Virus record (IMG/VR): IMGVR_UViG_3300010334_000023 | Span: 62,001-126,000 of that record | DNA length: 64,000 nucleotides | Direction: 5' to 3' (one strand) | Shown here: one piece after another, positions 47,721 through 58,468 of the stretch | Layout: each line of letters starts with the position of its first letter | Numbering within the stretch: the first letter of the stretch is position 1 | Translations under genes and position numbers: made by a program | The notes under the pieces: model-generated | Told to the model about the DNA's origin: nothing | Database searches by the model: none | The model's input: only the letters and a program-made list of their open reading frames with translations

Positions 47721-48920
47721 TTAGAGGAACTTGAGATGTGCTGTGTTGATTGAAATACCAGCGAGGTAGTCAGCTGCGTTACCCAAGCTGCTTGCCGTGT
47801 TGGTAAGCTCTAGGTAGCCGTAACGTGACATGAAGCTGACCACTGGCTCGAAGGTATTCGGATCAATGATAACGCCTGAAGACGTTAGCGGAACGTATGG
47901 GCAGTAATAAGCTGCCGCATCAATTTCGCCTGGACCCTTATAACCAACGAGAACGTTGGTAGCATCGCTTGCGTACTGGTTGACGTAAACACGCATGCTG
48001 TTGTTCAAAGTACCAACGAACTTGGTGTTAGTTGGAGCTTCGAACGTGCCTTCTGTGGTACGTGCGAACGCAGAGGTCGTTGCAGACTGTAGGATGGTGA
48101 GAGCAGTTGGGCTCACAACAACCCAGTTGCCTGCGCCACGACGTGTGCGAGCAGCGATCAAGTTAGCAGCACGGTTGATGAGGATCGCAAGAGCTGCGTG
48201 CTCGTCACCAACGAATGTTGCTGTACCAGAAACTGCAGCCTGATCGTAGGTCAGTGTGGTACCAGCGAGAGCGAGCAAGGAGGTCAAGATCTCCTGATCG
48301 ATTTCAGCCGTAATTTCCTGAGCCAGAGCAGCCATGATTTCTGCTTCGATATCGATGCCCTGCTGTGCCTGTGCATCCTGTGCAGCTTCAAAGGTCCAAC
48401 GAGCTGATAGCTTGCGGGTCTTTGCTTCCACAACTTCCTTGAGGATCTGGATGTTCAAGCGCTTACCAGCAACGCCTTCGAGGACGCTAACTGGTGCAGC
48501 TGCTGGAGCAGTGCTGTTGCCGTTACCAGAGTAGAACGCAGCAATCTGGAATGGGCTAAGTGCTTCCGTGTTAGCTGCTACTGGATTTGGCGAACCAAAT
48601 GTATCAGCATAACGAACGCGCAGCGTGTGGATCTGGCCAACTGGGCCAGTCATAGGCTGAACGCCGATGATTTCGTTCGCGATAACCGTAGGCATAACGC
48701 GACGAATTACTGGGAGGATAACCTTGTTGAGAGTAGCAACGTTACCTGCAGACGTGCTGCCTGGGGTTGCGCTTTCAAAAAGGATTCCGGACTTGCTTTG
48801 CAGGTCCTTCTTGGTGTTCTCAAGGACAACTTCCATGACCTTCTTGCGATTGCCGGTCAGACCTTCGCAGAGTGCGGTCTTGGTAGCCGACCAATGAGTT
48901 TCAAACAGATTCTTGCTCAT
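47721..48920 (-). CDS. gp23: Major capsid protein
   Basis: GVQPMTGPVGQI, AKTRKL.ARWT.EAAQD, EITAEID, YCPYVPL, F.SRYG; start MSKNLFE. Confidence 0.96.
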   Translation of the reverse strand: MSKNLFETHWSATKTALCEGLTGNRKKVMEVVLENTKKDLQSKSGILFESATPGSTSAGNVATLNKVILPVIRRVMPTVIANEIIGVQPMTGPVGQIHTLRVRYADTFGSPNPVAANTEALSPFQIAAFYSGNGNSTAPAAAPVSVLEGVAGKRLNIQILKEVVEAKTRKLSARWTFEAAQDAQAQQGIDIEAEIMAALAQEITAEIDQEILTSLLALAGTTLTYDQAAVSGTATFVGDEHAALAILINRAANLIAARTRRGAGNWVVVSPTALTILQSATTSAFARTTEGTFEAPTNTKFVGTLNNSMRVYVNQYASDATNVLVGYKGPGEIDAAAYYCPYVPLTSSGVIIDPNTFEPVVSFMSRYGYLELTNTASSLGNAADYLAGISINTAHLKFL

Positions 48921-48933
48921 TTTTGGCTTCCTT

Positions 48934-50139
48934 TCAATTTTTGATGCCTGCGAGATAGAGAATTTGACCAATGTCTTGGTTGTTGTCTTCTCTCACCGCT
49001 TCTGACAGCTTGTTTGGCCTGTCACCCGTGAATGCCACGGTTTTGTTTGTGGCGTTTTCAGACAGTTTTTGCCTGATAGCGCCGGTTGCTTCACCGTTCA
49101 TCACGGTTGGAAGATAACGATTAAAGGCTTCCTTCAAGTTTGTTGTCTTGATGTCCTTAAGCATCTCTTCCATGATTGCCTTCTTATCGCGGTTCAGAGG
49201 AGCTAGCATCTCACTCATGAGCTCCAGCCTCTGTGTGCGATCGTTGGCTGCCTTGACTTGCTTTTCAGCTGCTTCAACAAGCTGTTGCTTGGTCTGGAGC
49301 TGCTTAGTTGCCTCATCAATGCGGGACTGGCTCTCGGCCAGTTGGCGCTGAAGTTGCTTGGTCATGCTGCCCTCTGATAGGTAACTAGCCATGTATTCTG
49401 CAGCGACTGCTTCAAAGATCCTGCGACCAAAGTTGTTCTCACGAGCAACCTTGATATCGTCCCTCCACTGCACCAACTCGCTACGGATGACTTCGTTCAA
49501 CGTCTTGTCCAACGTCTTAGTAGCCTTCTGCACAAATGCTGCCTTGGTTTCGGTGATCTTCTTCTTGCCCTCGGCAGCTAGCTTGGCACGCTGTTCGATG
49601 AGGGCCTTCTTATCAGTTTCAAACTCGGCAATCTCTTCTGAAAGCTTCTTGACCACGAAACCTTCTAGCTTGCTGATGCGATCCTGGGTGTTTCTCTTTG
49701 CGCTTTCGCGGATGGTTTCAACTTCTTGAGCCATCTTCTTGCGCTGTGATTCTAGCGTCTTCCTGTCGGAGACGAACTCTGATATCTCTTCTTTCAGCTG
49801 CTTTGCTACGAATGCGTTCAGCAGTTTAGTGTGTTTTGCGATCGAGGCTTCTGCGATACGCTTAGCTGCTAGGGTTTCCTTGCTGAGCTTAGCCTTCTGT
49901 GCGATCAGAGCAGCGCGGTCTTCTGCGAACTCTTCAAGCTCAGAACGGATAGTGTCGTTCAGCATGTTATCCATTGCCTCAACAAGCTGTTGCTTGTCAT
50001 TGGCATAACGTGCAGCATAATCTTCCTGCAGTTGGGCCTCGGTCTGCTTGATCTTAGCTTGGAATGCTTCTTGGAGCGCAGACTTGACTTCGGGGCCAAG
50101 TACTTCGTTCTCAAGGAGCTCTTCAATCTTTGTTGTCAT
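48934..50139 (-). CDS. gp22: Prohead core scaffold protein
   Basis: Coiled-coil with many (L/I)xE sites, between protease and capsid. Confidence 0.82.
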   Translation of the reverse strand: MTTKIEELLENEVLGPEVKSALQEAFQAKIKQTEAQLQEDYAARYANDKQQLVEAMDNMLNDTIRSELEEFAEDRAALIAQKAKLSKETLAAKRIAEASIAKHTKLLNAFVAKQLKEEISEFVSDRKTLESQRKKMAQEVETIRESAKRNTQDRISKLEGFVVKKLSEEIAEFETDKKALIEQRAKLAAEGKKKITETKAAFVQKATKTLDKTLNEVIRSELVQWRDDIKVARENNFGRRIFEAVAAEYMASYLSEGSMTKQLQRQLAESQSRIDEATKQLQTKQQLVEAAEKQVKAANDRTQRLELMSEMLAPLNRDKKAIMEEMLKDIKTTNLKEAFNRYLPTVMNGEATGAIRQKLSENATNKTVAFTGDRPNKLSEAVREDNNQDIGQILYLAGIKN

Positions 50140-50151
50140 TTGACCGACTCC

Positions 50152-50793
50152 TTATCTCAGTTTCAACTCGTCAACCCAGTTAAGCAGTATTTTCGTCAGA
50201 TGCTTCTGAGCAGAACCATCATGACGAACTGCTTCAGCGAGTTCGTTAGCTCGGTATCCGTGTTTGCGATTCATGATCGCCTCGTACATCGGCACGGGGT
50301 AAGCATTTGGCGCACTAGGTTTGGCTACTATATCAACTGTGAGCATGTCAAAGTCGCTTACCTCGCCGTTATCGTCTACATTGCCTGAACCACGGCTGCT
50401 GACACCTAGCTTTATACCGCTAGAAAGCAGCGTACGGACGATCTCGCCGCAGGGAGTTGGCAATATTTGTAGCTTGCCATAACCGTTAGCGCCGTCCATC
50501 CACATGTCAGTAATCTTATGGCTCACGCGATCGAGATGTATCTGTAGCTCCTGTGGGTGATCGCACTCTCCAAGAACTCCGTTGTCCTGCTTGATTGACT
50601 CATTGAGGGCCTCGACTGCTTTACGTATCTCATTGACGGGATAAACGCGACCGTTGTGATTGCGCAGCCCGCCTTGTATGAAGATACCTTTCATGTAGAC
50701 ATTCTTTGGTTGGCCCTCACCAGCCGATTCGGTTATGACCTCGGCTTTGGCAACGTCGTAAGTGAGATGCTCAACTAAGATGTTCTCTTTCAT
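50152..50793 (-). CDS. gp21: Prohead protease
   Basis: GIFIQ...N.NGRVYP, GECDHP, VSH.I, GVSSRGSG, DIVA.PSAP.A. Confidence 0.94.
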   Translation of the reverse strand: MKENILVEHLTYDVAKAEVITESAGEGQPKNVYMKGIFIQGGLRNHNGRVYPVNEIRKAVEALNESIKQDNGVLGECDHPQELQIHLDRVSHKITDMWMDGANGYGKLQILPTPCGEIVRTLLSSGIKLGVSSRGSGNVDDNGEVSDFDMLTVDIVAKPSAPNAYPVPMYEAIMNRKHGYRANELAEAVRHDGSAQKHLTKILLNWVDELKLR

Positions 50794-50867
50794 GTACATA
50801 CCTTGTAATCTGGTGTGATATTTAGTGACAGATTGATTAACCTGCGTCAAATAGGCATTTTTCTAAG

Positions 50868-50902
50868 AAAATACCGCAGGAATATATCCTGCGGTATTTT
50901 TT
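50868..50902. terminator. Terminator hairpin
   Basis: AAAATACCGCAGGA-ATATA-TCCTGCGGTATTTT. Confidence 0.8.
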
Positions 50903-50923
50903 ATAGCATCTATGCTCTTTCAA

Positions 50924-51877
50924 TTACTTGCGCGGAGCATGAGTGAGCGGGCTAGTTTGGTTGCCCTTGCCGAAAGTCTTGTCGGTTGTGTCAAGTGCGC
51001 TCTTGCTGTCTTCCTTCGCACCGTACTTGCCGCTCTGCTCATTTTCCATGCCCTCTGTATCAGTCTTGCGCTGATTGGTCTTTGGGAGGATTGGGAGCTT
51101 GTCGCTCTTTGGAGCTGCCTGTAGAGCATAACCATCTGCCTTAGGTCCTGTTCCGGTCTTGATCGGAGCAGCACCAAAGCGTGTGGTCTGGCTTGGAGGT
51201 ACTGGACTGTCTTGCTTGGTATCGGCATCCTTAGGGCTGAACTTGCCAGCGCCTACTTCACCCTTGGTAGGGATCGTTACCTTCTCAAGCTCAACAGCTT
51301 CAGCGAGATCATCGAAGTCTTCTTCGGTGAACATCTCGTCCATCTCTTCTTCGCCTTCTTCGCTGCCCTGCATTTCATCGCCATCCATGGACATCTCGTC
51401 GTCGCCCATGCCGTCCATGTGGTCTTCAGCGCCTTCTGCGGCTTCTAGCTCTTCAAACTCAGCCTTGAGCTTGGCAAGAGCAGTTTCGAGGTCGCCCATG
51501 GTGCCTTCGATGTCGTCCATGACGTCATGTTCAGCGCCTTCTGCGTCAGACATAGCATCGCCGAGATCTTCTTCAGCGTCATCCATGTCCATCTCAGCAT
51601 CACCCATGTCCATCTCAGCGTCTTCACCCATGATCTCTTCTGACTCAATCTCGTCATTTAGATCACTGATGTGGTCGCTGTGATGCATGACATCGTGGCG
51701 GAGATCCTTGCCTTCGTCACCGCCGAGTGTTTCTTCATCCATCTCTTCTGCGCTGATCAGTTCTTCGTGGATCTGACGAGCTTTTTCGATAAAGACCTGA
51801 TGTAGCAGATCCTTTGCCTTGCTCTCATCGCCTGCGACGAGATATTCAAGGACTTGTTCAAGTTTATTCCTAGCCAT
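50924..51877 (-). CDS. Highly acidic prohead core-like protein
   Basis: D/E/M-rich; between portal and protease; late promoter 51925-51920. Confidence 0.6.
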   Translation of the reverse strand: MARNKLEQVLEYLVAGDESKAKDLLHQVFIEKARQIHEELISAEEMDEETLGGDEGKDLRHDVMHHSDHISDLNDEIESEEIMGEDAEMDMGDAEMDMDDAEEDLGDAMSDAEGAEHDVMDDIEGTMGDLETALAKLKAEFEELEAAEGAEDHMDGMGDDEMSMDGDEMQGSEEGEEEMDEMFTEEDFDDLAEAVELEKVTIPTKGEVGAGKFSPKDADTKQDSPVPPSQTTRFGAAPIKTGTGPKADGYALQAAPKSDKLPILPKTNQRKTDTEGMENEQSGKYGAKEDSKSALDTTDKTFGKGNQTSPLTHAPRK

Positions 51878-51988
51878 TGCCTTTTACTCCTGTGGTAAGA
51901 TGTGTAGCAGACTCGGCTGTATTTAATGGCAACAGCCGAATCCTTTGAAATATAGGTAAAAAACCGTAGATACGATGAAACTTACCTA

Positions 51989-53035
51989 TCAGTAGACTTT
52001 TTGTATCCACACGCAACCGGGTAGATCTGAACCTGTGAGATTCTGTGTGACAACAGTACCACCACCACCTGGTAATGACACGCTCTGACCATTAGCTATA
52101 TACCAACCAATTGGTATGGTGGCACCAGTAGGCAGAGAAATGATGCCGTTAGTGGGCATTGGATTGTCAAGGAATGTGGTAGTTATGATGATGTTGCTGT
52201 TGCCGTGGAAGACGTTGCTACCACCAACTACACCGTTGATTATTATGTTAGAACCAAAGCTTAGGCTATTAGCTACACCATCCACTGGGCTGGGAACGTA
52301 ACCAAGCGCAGTGTTGATGTCATTGGCGTTCAGCAGCTGACCGCTGGTCACGATACCATTGCTGCCAACTGTCACATTTTGATAGTAGCCCGCTGTGACC
52401 ACGTGTGTTAGCGCCAGTGGCATCACCACATTACCGCTGCCGTTGAAGCTCACGCTGGCATTGGCACTGCCTGTCACTGTGATGGTCATGTTGCTAGTAA
52501 ATGCGTTAGCTGTGCTGGCTCTTCCAAAGAGGTGCAAACCGTTAGAATCGCTTGCTATTGTGATACCAGCAGCCAAACCCTGAGGAAATCTTGGCGCAAA
52601 CGCATAATATCGGTCATCAACCAACACGCTAGCTGGTAGCGCAGCTGGTTGCAGTGGTACTAAACTTGTAGCATAGATGATCTCGTTGTCTGCCAGTGTT
52701 AGAGCTACGCTAGTCCCAAGAATGCTGGTAGTAGCAGTACCTGCTGCGCCATCAAATGGCGGAGTGAGCACCTTCCACTGCACGCCGTTGTAATACTTGA
52801 TAGCTGCTGCTACAGTATCATACCAAAGCTGTCCTATCAACGGGCTTATTGGCGCACTGTTGCTAGCAAAAGTCTGTAGCAGATCAACGAAGTTTTGGTT
52901 GATATAAAGTCCAAAGTTCACGGTGTTAGCACCAACTAGTGCCAAGCTGGTGCTGGTAGTGTTTATGGTACCGTCAAGCACCAAGATGTTGCCCTGCGAC
53001 GTAGCCGTAGACTGATAAGGTATGTTATAACTCAT
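51989..53035 (-). CDS. Tail fibre/baseplate-associated structural protein
   Basis: TSL.LVG.N...G...NQNFV.LL..FAS..P..P..GQLWYD; collar-like C-terminus (IP.GW.I.NG). Confidence 0.6.
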   Translation of the reverse strand: MSYNIPYQSTATSQGNILVLDGTINTTSTSLALVGANTVNFGLYINQNFVDLLQTFASNSAPISPLIGQLWYDTVAAAIKYYNGVQWKVLTPPFDGAAGTATTSILGTSVALTLADNEIIYATSLVPLQPAALPASVLVDDRYYAFAPRFPQGLAAGITIASDSNGLHLFGRASTANAFTSNMTITVTGSANASVSFNGSGNVVMPLALTHVVTAGYYQNVTVGSNGIVTSGQLLNANDINTALGYVPSPVDGVANSLSFGSNIIINGVVGGSNVFHGNSNIIITTTFLDNPMPTNGIISLPTGATIPIGWYIANGQSVSLPGGGGTVVTQNLTGSDLPGCVWIQKVY

Positions 53036-53247
53036 AGACCTGGTGCGCCTTCTTCTGCCGGAGCGTATTGCATGGATAGATGATCAGCATGCACCAAATC
53101 TTCCAAAGCTTTAGCAGCACGCATCTTCTTGAGCTTGTTAAGCTGTATGAGCGTTAGTCTCACCCTCCTAGTGTCATGCAGCTTCGCCTGATTGAACTTG
53201 TCATCCTCAGGTGAGTAGTATGCGCCTTGGAATTCGTCAGCTCTCAT
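53032..53247 (-). CDS. Small hypothetical late protein
   Basis: DTRRVRLTL.QLNKLKKMR; late promoter 53271-53266. Confidence 0.6.
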   Translation of the reverse strand: MRADEFQGAYYSPEDDKFNQAKLHDTRRVRLTLIQLNKLKKMRAAKALEDLVHADHLSMQYAPAEEGAPGL

Positions 53248-53277
53248 ATGCCTGTCCTCGCTGGATATTTATGGTTC

Positions 53278-55044
53278 TTAGGTACCACCAAGTATGCCGC
53301 CACCTGGTGGTGCCGCCGGTGGAGCTTCACCGCCTGCCGGTTCTTCACCTGGTGGAGGTGTTTCTTCTACTCCGAGATCTGGTCCGCTTGTAGGAGCAGG
53401 TGTCTCTGAATCAGGACGAAGTCCAATAGCGTTCATGCCAGGTGGCTCGCTAGATGAGCTAGTACCCGTCTTGTCCTTGACGCGATCAGCATTCTCTTCG
53501 CGCCACATGACTTCGTTGCGAGATATCTCTTCCTGCGTCCAACCAAGGTAGCGTTCGAGGGCAAATCGCTTGCTCACATACTTGGTGGCTTCTGTGCCCA
53601 TGAGAGTGCTGAACAGATTGATCTGCTCACCATCCATCTGCATGCGACGATAGTCACTGAAGCTCTGGGCAGGGAAGAAGGTGATCTCAAAGAGGTTGCT
53701 CTGTATCTCTATGCCACGATGCTTGAGAAACAGCTTGAACTCTTTGTCAAGCACTGGGCTCATGAGGTTCTGTAAGCGACCGCAATACTTGCTGAAGCGA
53801 TATTCCTGCACGTAAGCAGTGCCAACCTTGCCATCGTTGTAGGTTGCAGTGCCATCATCTGGACCAGTTGGTAGATAGCTGCTAGGTATACCAAGACCGC
53901 GGATCATCTTGTTGTTGAAGTACTTGAGATCGTCGATCTGTCCAAGATTTTCACCAGCATTCAGCGTGTCAATGCGTGTCCCCTTGCCCTCGGCATTGGT
54001 AGCAAGGAAGAAATCTTCATTGATGCTGATGGGATTGTAGGCAGCATCTATAACGCTGACACCACCGCCCGTCCTGTTGGGAATTCGTCGCTGATATATC
54101 TCGTTCTTGATGCGTTCAACGTACTGCATGGCACGAGGACCACTCAGAGATCCCACGTCAATGTAGAAAACTCTGCGTTCTGGCGCACGCACGATGCGAT
54201 AGATAAGGATGCAGTCTTCAAGCAGATCTTTCTGCTTGTAAACCTTGTAGATGCTTTCTAATATGCTAGTTCCAAAAGGCCATTGGTTGTCCATGCCTTC
54301 GCTGAGGCTGAGATGCACCACGTGAGTGGCATCAACTGCTGTGTCATTGGGTTGATTGTTGAATCGGCTCTGGCGAGAACCAGCAGTGCTGGCCTGACCA
54401 TAGTTTAGTGTACCAGCGCCGCTAGCAGGATTACCACTGCGCGGATATCCACCAGGGAAGCTGTATTGGTCGTGAACAAGCATGTTAGAACCAACCAACG
54501 TGGTGAGATTGAAATCTATCTCACGTATCACGTACTGTTCAACGCTCTTGCCTTTGTCTTCATTGACGATGATCTTCTCAACTTTAGTAGGATCAATCCA
54601 TATCAGCCGGAATGTTTCTGGATCCCTGATGTAGATCTGATCACCATATTTGATCACATTGCGAAACATGCGCCACAGGCGCTGGCGCCACTTGTTCAGA
54701 GCACACCACTGCTGCAACGTCTCTGTGAGCAATTTGATCTCAGTCTCGCTGAGCTTGCCTTTGTAGTTGAGCTGGAAAGGTTCATCATCCTTGTCAAAGC
54801 TCTGCGTGCTGAAATCGCTGATTGTGTCCAGAGCACGGCTGATCTCGCTGTCCAGATCCATTTGTTCGTACTGCACATAGCGCTCTATGCGATTTGGAGC
54901 ACCACTGTAGACTTCAGGCAGATAGCTGTTGTATTTTGATGAGCTTCCTGGTTTAGCATCCCCATCGCTGTTCCACTGCTCCATGCGCTGCTGCATGCGC
55001 GCCTGAGTTGGTACAGCGGAGAAATATTTCTTCCAAGATGCCAT
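53278..55044 (-). CDS. gp20: Portal vertex protein
   Basis: LEDCILIYRIVRAPERRVFYIDVG, EDFF, IDTL.AGENLG.IDD.KYF. Confidence 0.95.
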   Translation of the reverse strand: MASWKKYFSAVPTQARMQQRMEQWNSDGDAKPGSSSKYNSYLPEVYSGAPNRIERYVQYEQMDLDSEISRALDTISDFSTQSFDKDDEPFQLNYKGKLSETEIKLLTETLQQWCALNKWRQRLWRMFRNVIKYGDQIYIRDPETFRLIWIDPTKVEKIIVNEDKGKSVEQYVIREIDFNLTTLVGSNMLVHDQYSFPGGYPRSGNPASGAGTLNYGQASTAGSRQSRFNNQPNDTAVDATHVVHLSLSEGMDNQWPFGTSILESIYKVYKQKDLLEDCILIYRIVRAPERRVFYIDVGSLSGPRAMQYVERIKNEIYQRRIPNRTGGGVSVIDAAYNPISINEDFFLATNAEGKGTRIDTLNAGENLGQIDDLKYFNNKMIRGLGIPSSYLPTGPDDGTATYNDGKVGTAYVQEYRFSKYCGRLQNLMSPVLDKEFKLFLKHRGIEIQSNLFEITFFPAQSFSDYRRMQMDGEQINLFSTLMGTEATKYVSKRFALERYLGWTQEEISRNEVMWREENADRVKDKTGTSSSSEPPGMNAIGLRPDSETPAPTSGPDLGVEETPPPGEEPAGGEAPPAAPPGGGILGGT

Positions 55045-55106
55045 GTGATGTATGCCTCTTTAATGGGATATTTATAGTGTGTTGGCTCCGGTACCACTAG
55101 GTCAAC

Positions 55107-58100
55107 TTAATAGACCACAGCAGCAACCTTGCTGAATCCGTCGCTCATGACCCTAACCTGACGATCTTCAACTAGCAGCAGCGATTCGATGTTGTTATTG
55201 AGCTTGTTGAGCGCTGCCATCATCTCCTTGTGTCGCTGTTCAGGACTGTGTGGCCCGTTGCTAGTAGTACCAGTGCCGCCTGCTGTTGGATTGGTAGCCA
55301 CTGGACCACCACCAGACAGACCTGGAGCGGCTGTGGCACCAAAGGTTGAGCTGATCACGTTTGGTATGGCTAGGGTAGCCTGCCTGTTAATGAGATCAGA
55401 CAAGCTAAACAGATTGCTGAGGCTTTCGATAGATATGCTGTCAGCAAACGCATCAACTAGATAGCTGTAAGCGTCAGCAAAATAGTAGAGCCTGTCAGCT
55501 ACTAGCGGTATGTTACCGGTTTCAGTCTCGAGATTTGCCAAGCGAGCCATTATCTCGTTGCTGCCTAGCAGCCAATTTCCCATTAGCACAAAAGCACCAT
55601 CACGGAAGATGAGGTCTAACATTGCCAAAGTATCCAACGCTGGTTTGCTAAAAATCCCAGTATTGATCAGATCAAATGCTCTGGCATAAGCTTCGCCAAA
55701 ACGTCCCATGACTTCAGATGCTGCGTTCAGAGGCTCGGCAAGCTCACCAAATAATGCTATTTGCTTCCTGATAGTATCGCTAGCTAACAACCTGTCACCC
55801 TTGAACAAAAGCTTGAGCTTGTCCATAGTGTCAAACGCTGTTTGACTAATGGATGCATTGTTAAGCGCATAAATTACACGGGGATAGGCATCAGCAAACT
55901 TGCTCATAGCATCGCCTGCTGCCTTGAGAGGCTCTGCTATCTCACCAAAGCGCTTGAGCTTGGTTATGGGATCGTCTGAGAAGAAGCTGCTTATCCAACC
56001 AGTTAGGCTACCTAGGCTGTTAACCACCTCTCCTGCACCCATAGCAGCTAGTCCAGCGCCAATCTTGATCATACCGTTTCCGGTCTGTTCTAGCTTGGTA
56101 CCATCAATGTCAGTGAATGACTTGAGACCTTCAGCCATCTTGGGCAAGGCTGCGCCCATGATCCACGTTGCACCAGCTATTCCTGCGCCTATCAACGTGA
56201 TGCTACCACCAAGTATTGCTGCACCCAACAGAATATATGGATCTGCCATGGCTTTGAGACCGATACTTAAACCTTCAAGTATGGCGCCTAGTGCCACACC
56301 AAGGCCTTTGCCTATACCACCTACTATAGCAGCTATTGCCTTGCCTAGACCTTCGCTGATGCTAGCGATGGCCTTGCCTAGCGTATCAGCCAGAGATACT
56401 AGTACGCTGCTTAGCTTGCCAAGCACATCAGCTAACAGGGAAGTCATGCCTCTGATAGCATCTCCCACTGCACCACCTATGCTCTTGATGCCATCAGCTA
56501 GGCTGGCACCCATGCTGGACATGGATTTGGTAGCACCGCCTGCGGCATCTGCGGCAGCCCCAGCTACGTTGCCAAGACCTGGAACGTTAGCTAGAGGTTT
56601 CAATCCAGGCACGCTGAACAGATTCTTGACTAGGCCGGCACCGGATCTCAGCGTCTTGACCACTCCCCCCAGCAGTTTGTAAATTATGCCACCACTCAGT
56701 ATGGCCGCAACAGTGCTGGTCACTACTTCCTGCGTGGTCATCGGCGTGCTGTCTTGACTGTCGCCTCCAGCTTTATCTGGCGTGGCATTCATACCAAAGA
56801 GAAAGCCAAATGTGCTTTTGATATGGTCTCCCAACCAAGTGAACCATTTACCCACGGTCTCAGCTGGTTTGGTAACCAGATCATAGAGACCTTCAAAGGT
56901 AGTGGTGAGTATATCAGCTGTTTTTTCAATCACTTTGAAAAGAAACTCTATGGGTCCGGCAACCAGTGCCAGCACCTTGGCGGACATCAGGGTGAAACCA
57001 TTGTTCAGAGTGTTGAGGCTTCTGCTTACTGCTTTCTGTGCGTCAGCTATGGCTTGTGCATCAGCAGGTGTGGGCTGCCCCTCTTTGATGGCTTTCTGAG
57101 CTTGTATGAAACTAGTAGCGTACTTCTGTAGGGTCTCAGCTGCTTCTTTCTGACCTATCAGTCGAAGCTCATTGGCTCTCTGCTGGAAGGTCTGGCTCAT
57201 CATAGCCAGATCCTCGTTCTGTGCCTGTACGTTACCTGCCATGGTATCTGCTGACAGCTTCTGTATCTGTTCCAAACCTCCAGGGAACATGTTCATGGCT
57301 TTGAACACATCCGGCATGACCTTGCTGAGACCACCAAATCCCGTGGGACTGTTAAGCTGAGCAAACATGGTCTGTAGCTCAGCTGCTGTGTCAGAACCTA
57401 CCACATTGAGCTGAGCTAATCCTTTGCGTGCCGCATCCTGCAGCTCTGGGGCAAGGCTGTTTATCAGCAGCTGAACGTCGGGTTTCTTCAGCTGCTGTTT
57501 TATTTCTGCATCAAGCTGTTCGCGTCTCTTGCCAGTGCTCTGGCTGAGCCTGTTGAGCTCCTGACCATATTCTATAGCACCTTTTTTAAGCTGATCGTCC
57601 GTGATTCGACCAAGCTGACCGGATGTACGCATCTGATCTGCATAGCTGAGGAACAGTTCTTGCGACTCTTCCATGCTCATACCAAGGTTGCTGCCGTTAT
57701 TGGTTAGCTTGGCAAATTCCTTGCCTAGCTGAGCAGTCTTGTTGATGCCCATGTAAGTGACCACTTGGCCATGTTTGGTCAGCACCTTGCTAAGCGTCTG
57801 CAGATCAAGTCCAGTATCATTGCTGGCATGTGCTAGCTGGCTGAGACCACCGCTGAACACCAAACCGTTGTCATAAAGGCTCATGACACTGTCTGCAAGC
57901 TGAGTGCCTCGCTTCCATATGATATCAAAAACCTCAGCTGCGAGCGTGACCCTGCCTAGCATTGCTGAGAGAGCTGTGTTACCCTTGCCAAGGTTCCAGC
58001 TAAAACTGTCTGCTGCGTTGGCTATGCCCCCAAACAGGCTGCGGCTGTCCATGCTGCTGAGGCTGTCAAAGGTCTTTGCCGTGAAACCCAGGGTCCTCTT

Positions 58101-58367
58101 GAGATCTTTGGTGCTAGCCGCTAGATCGAGATCAGCACCAGTGTTCTTGTTGACAGCTTCTGTGTTCTTGTTGAGATCCTCGGCTACCTCGCCTAGATCC
58201 TTGATAATATCAGCGTATTCTTTGTCGTTCTTGGCGACGCTCTTGGCGACGCTCTTGGCAATGTTCCGCAATACGGCATTGCTGTTGTCGCTGCTGGCTA
58301 GCAGTGATCGCAGCGTAGCATCCTTGGCCCATTTGGGATAATACTCTTTATCGAGTTCGTCAGACAT
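55107..58367 (-). CDS. Tape-measure-like protein
   Basis: 1086 aa, helical A/G/L-rich with hydrophobic segments and repeats; divergent from baseplate hub gene. Confidence 0.7.
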   Translation of the reverse strand: MSDELDKEYYPKWAKDATLRSLLASSDNSNAVLRNIAKSVAKSVAKNDKEYADIIKDLGEVAEDLNKNTEAVNKNTGADLDLAASTKDLKRTLGFTAKTFDSLSSMDSRSLFGGIANAADSFSWNLGKGNTALSAMLGRVTLAAEVFDIIWKRGTQLADSVMSLYDNGLVFSGGLSQLAHASNDTGLDLQTLSKVLTKHGQVVTYMGINKTAQLGKEFAKLTNNGSNLGMSMEESQELFLSYADQMRTSGQLGRITDDQLKKGAIEYGQELNRLSQSTGKRREQLDAEIKQQLKKPDVQLLINSLAPELQDAARKGLAQLNVVGSDTAAELQTMFAQLNSPTGFGGLSKVMPDVFKAMNMFPGGLEQIQKLSADTMAGNVQAQNEDLAMMSQTFQQRANELRLIGQKEAAETLQKYATSFIQAQKAIKEGQPTPADAQAIADAQKAVSRSLNTLNNGFTLMSAKVLALVAGPIEFLFKVIEKTADILTTTFEGLYDLVTKPAETVGKWFTWLGDHIKSTFGFLFGMNATPDKAGGDSQDSTPMTTQEVVTSTVAAILSGGIIYKLLGGVVKTLRSGAGLVKNLFSVPGLKPLANVPGLGNVAGAAADAAGGATKSMSSMGASLADGIKSIGGAVGDAIRGMTSLLADVLGKLSSVLVSLADTLGKAIASISEGLGKAIAAIVGGIGKGLGVALGAILEGLSIGLKAMADPYILLGAAILGGSITLIGAGIAGATWIMGAALPKMAEGLKSFTDIDGTKLEQTGNGMIKIGAGLAAMGAGEVVNSLGSLTGWISSFFSDDPITKLKRFGEIAEPLKAAGDAMSKFADAYPRVIYALNNASISQTAFDTMDKLKLLFKGDRLLASDTIRKQIALFGELAEPLNAASEVMGRFGEAYARAFDLINTGIFSKPALDTLAMLDLIFRDGAFVLMGNWLLGSNEIMARLANLETETGNIPLVADRLYYFADAYSYLVDAFADSISIESLSNLFSLSDLINRQATLAIPNVISSTFGATAAPGLSGGGPVATNPTAGGTGTTSNGPHSPEQRHKEMMAALNKLNNNIESLLLVEDRQVRVMSDGFSKVAAVVY
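58229..58259. repeat. 12-bp tandem repeat (AKSV) in tape measure N-terminus
   Basis: TCTTGGCGACGC x2 + TCTTGGC. Confidence 0.7.
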
Positions 58368-58468
58368 GTCCTGCCAAAATCTTTCATAACCCTGCGATTG
58401 CGCAGTTAAATATCTGTGCTATCACACGCCAGCACAGATGCTGGCAGGATATTTATGGAAAGAAAATC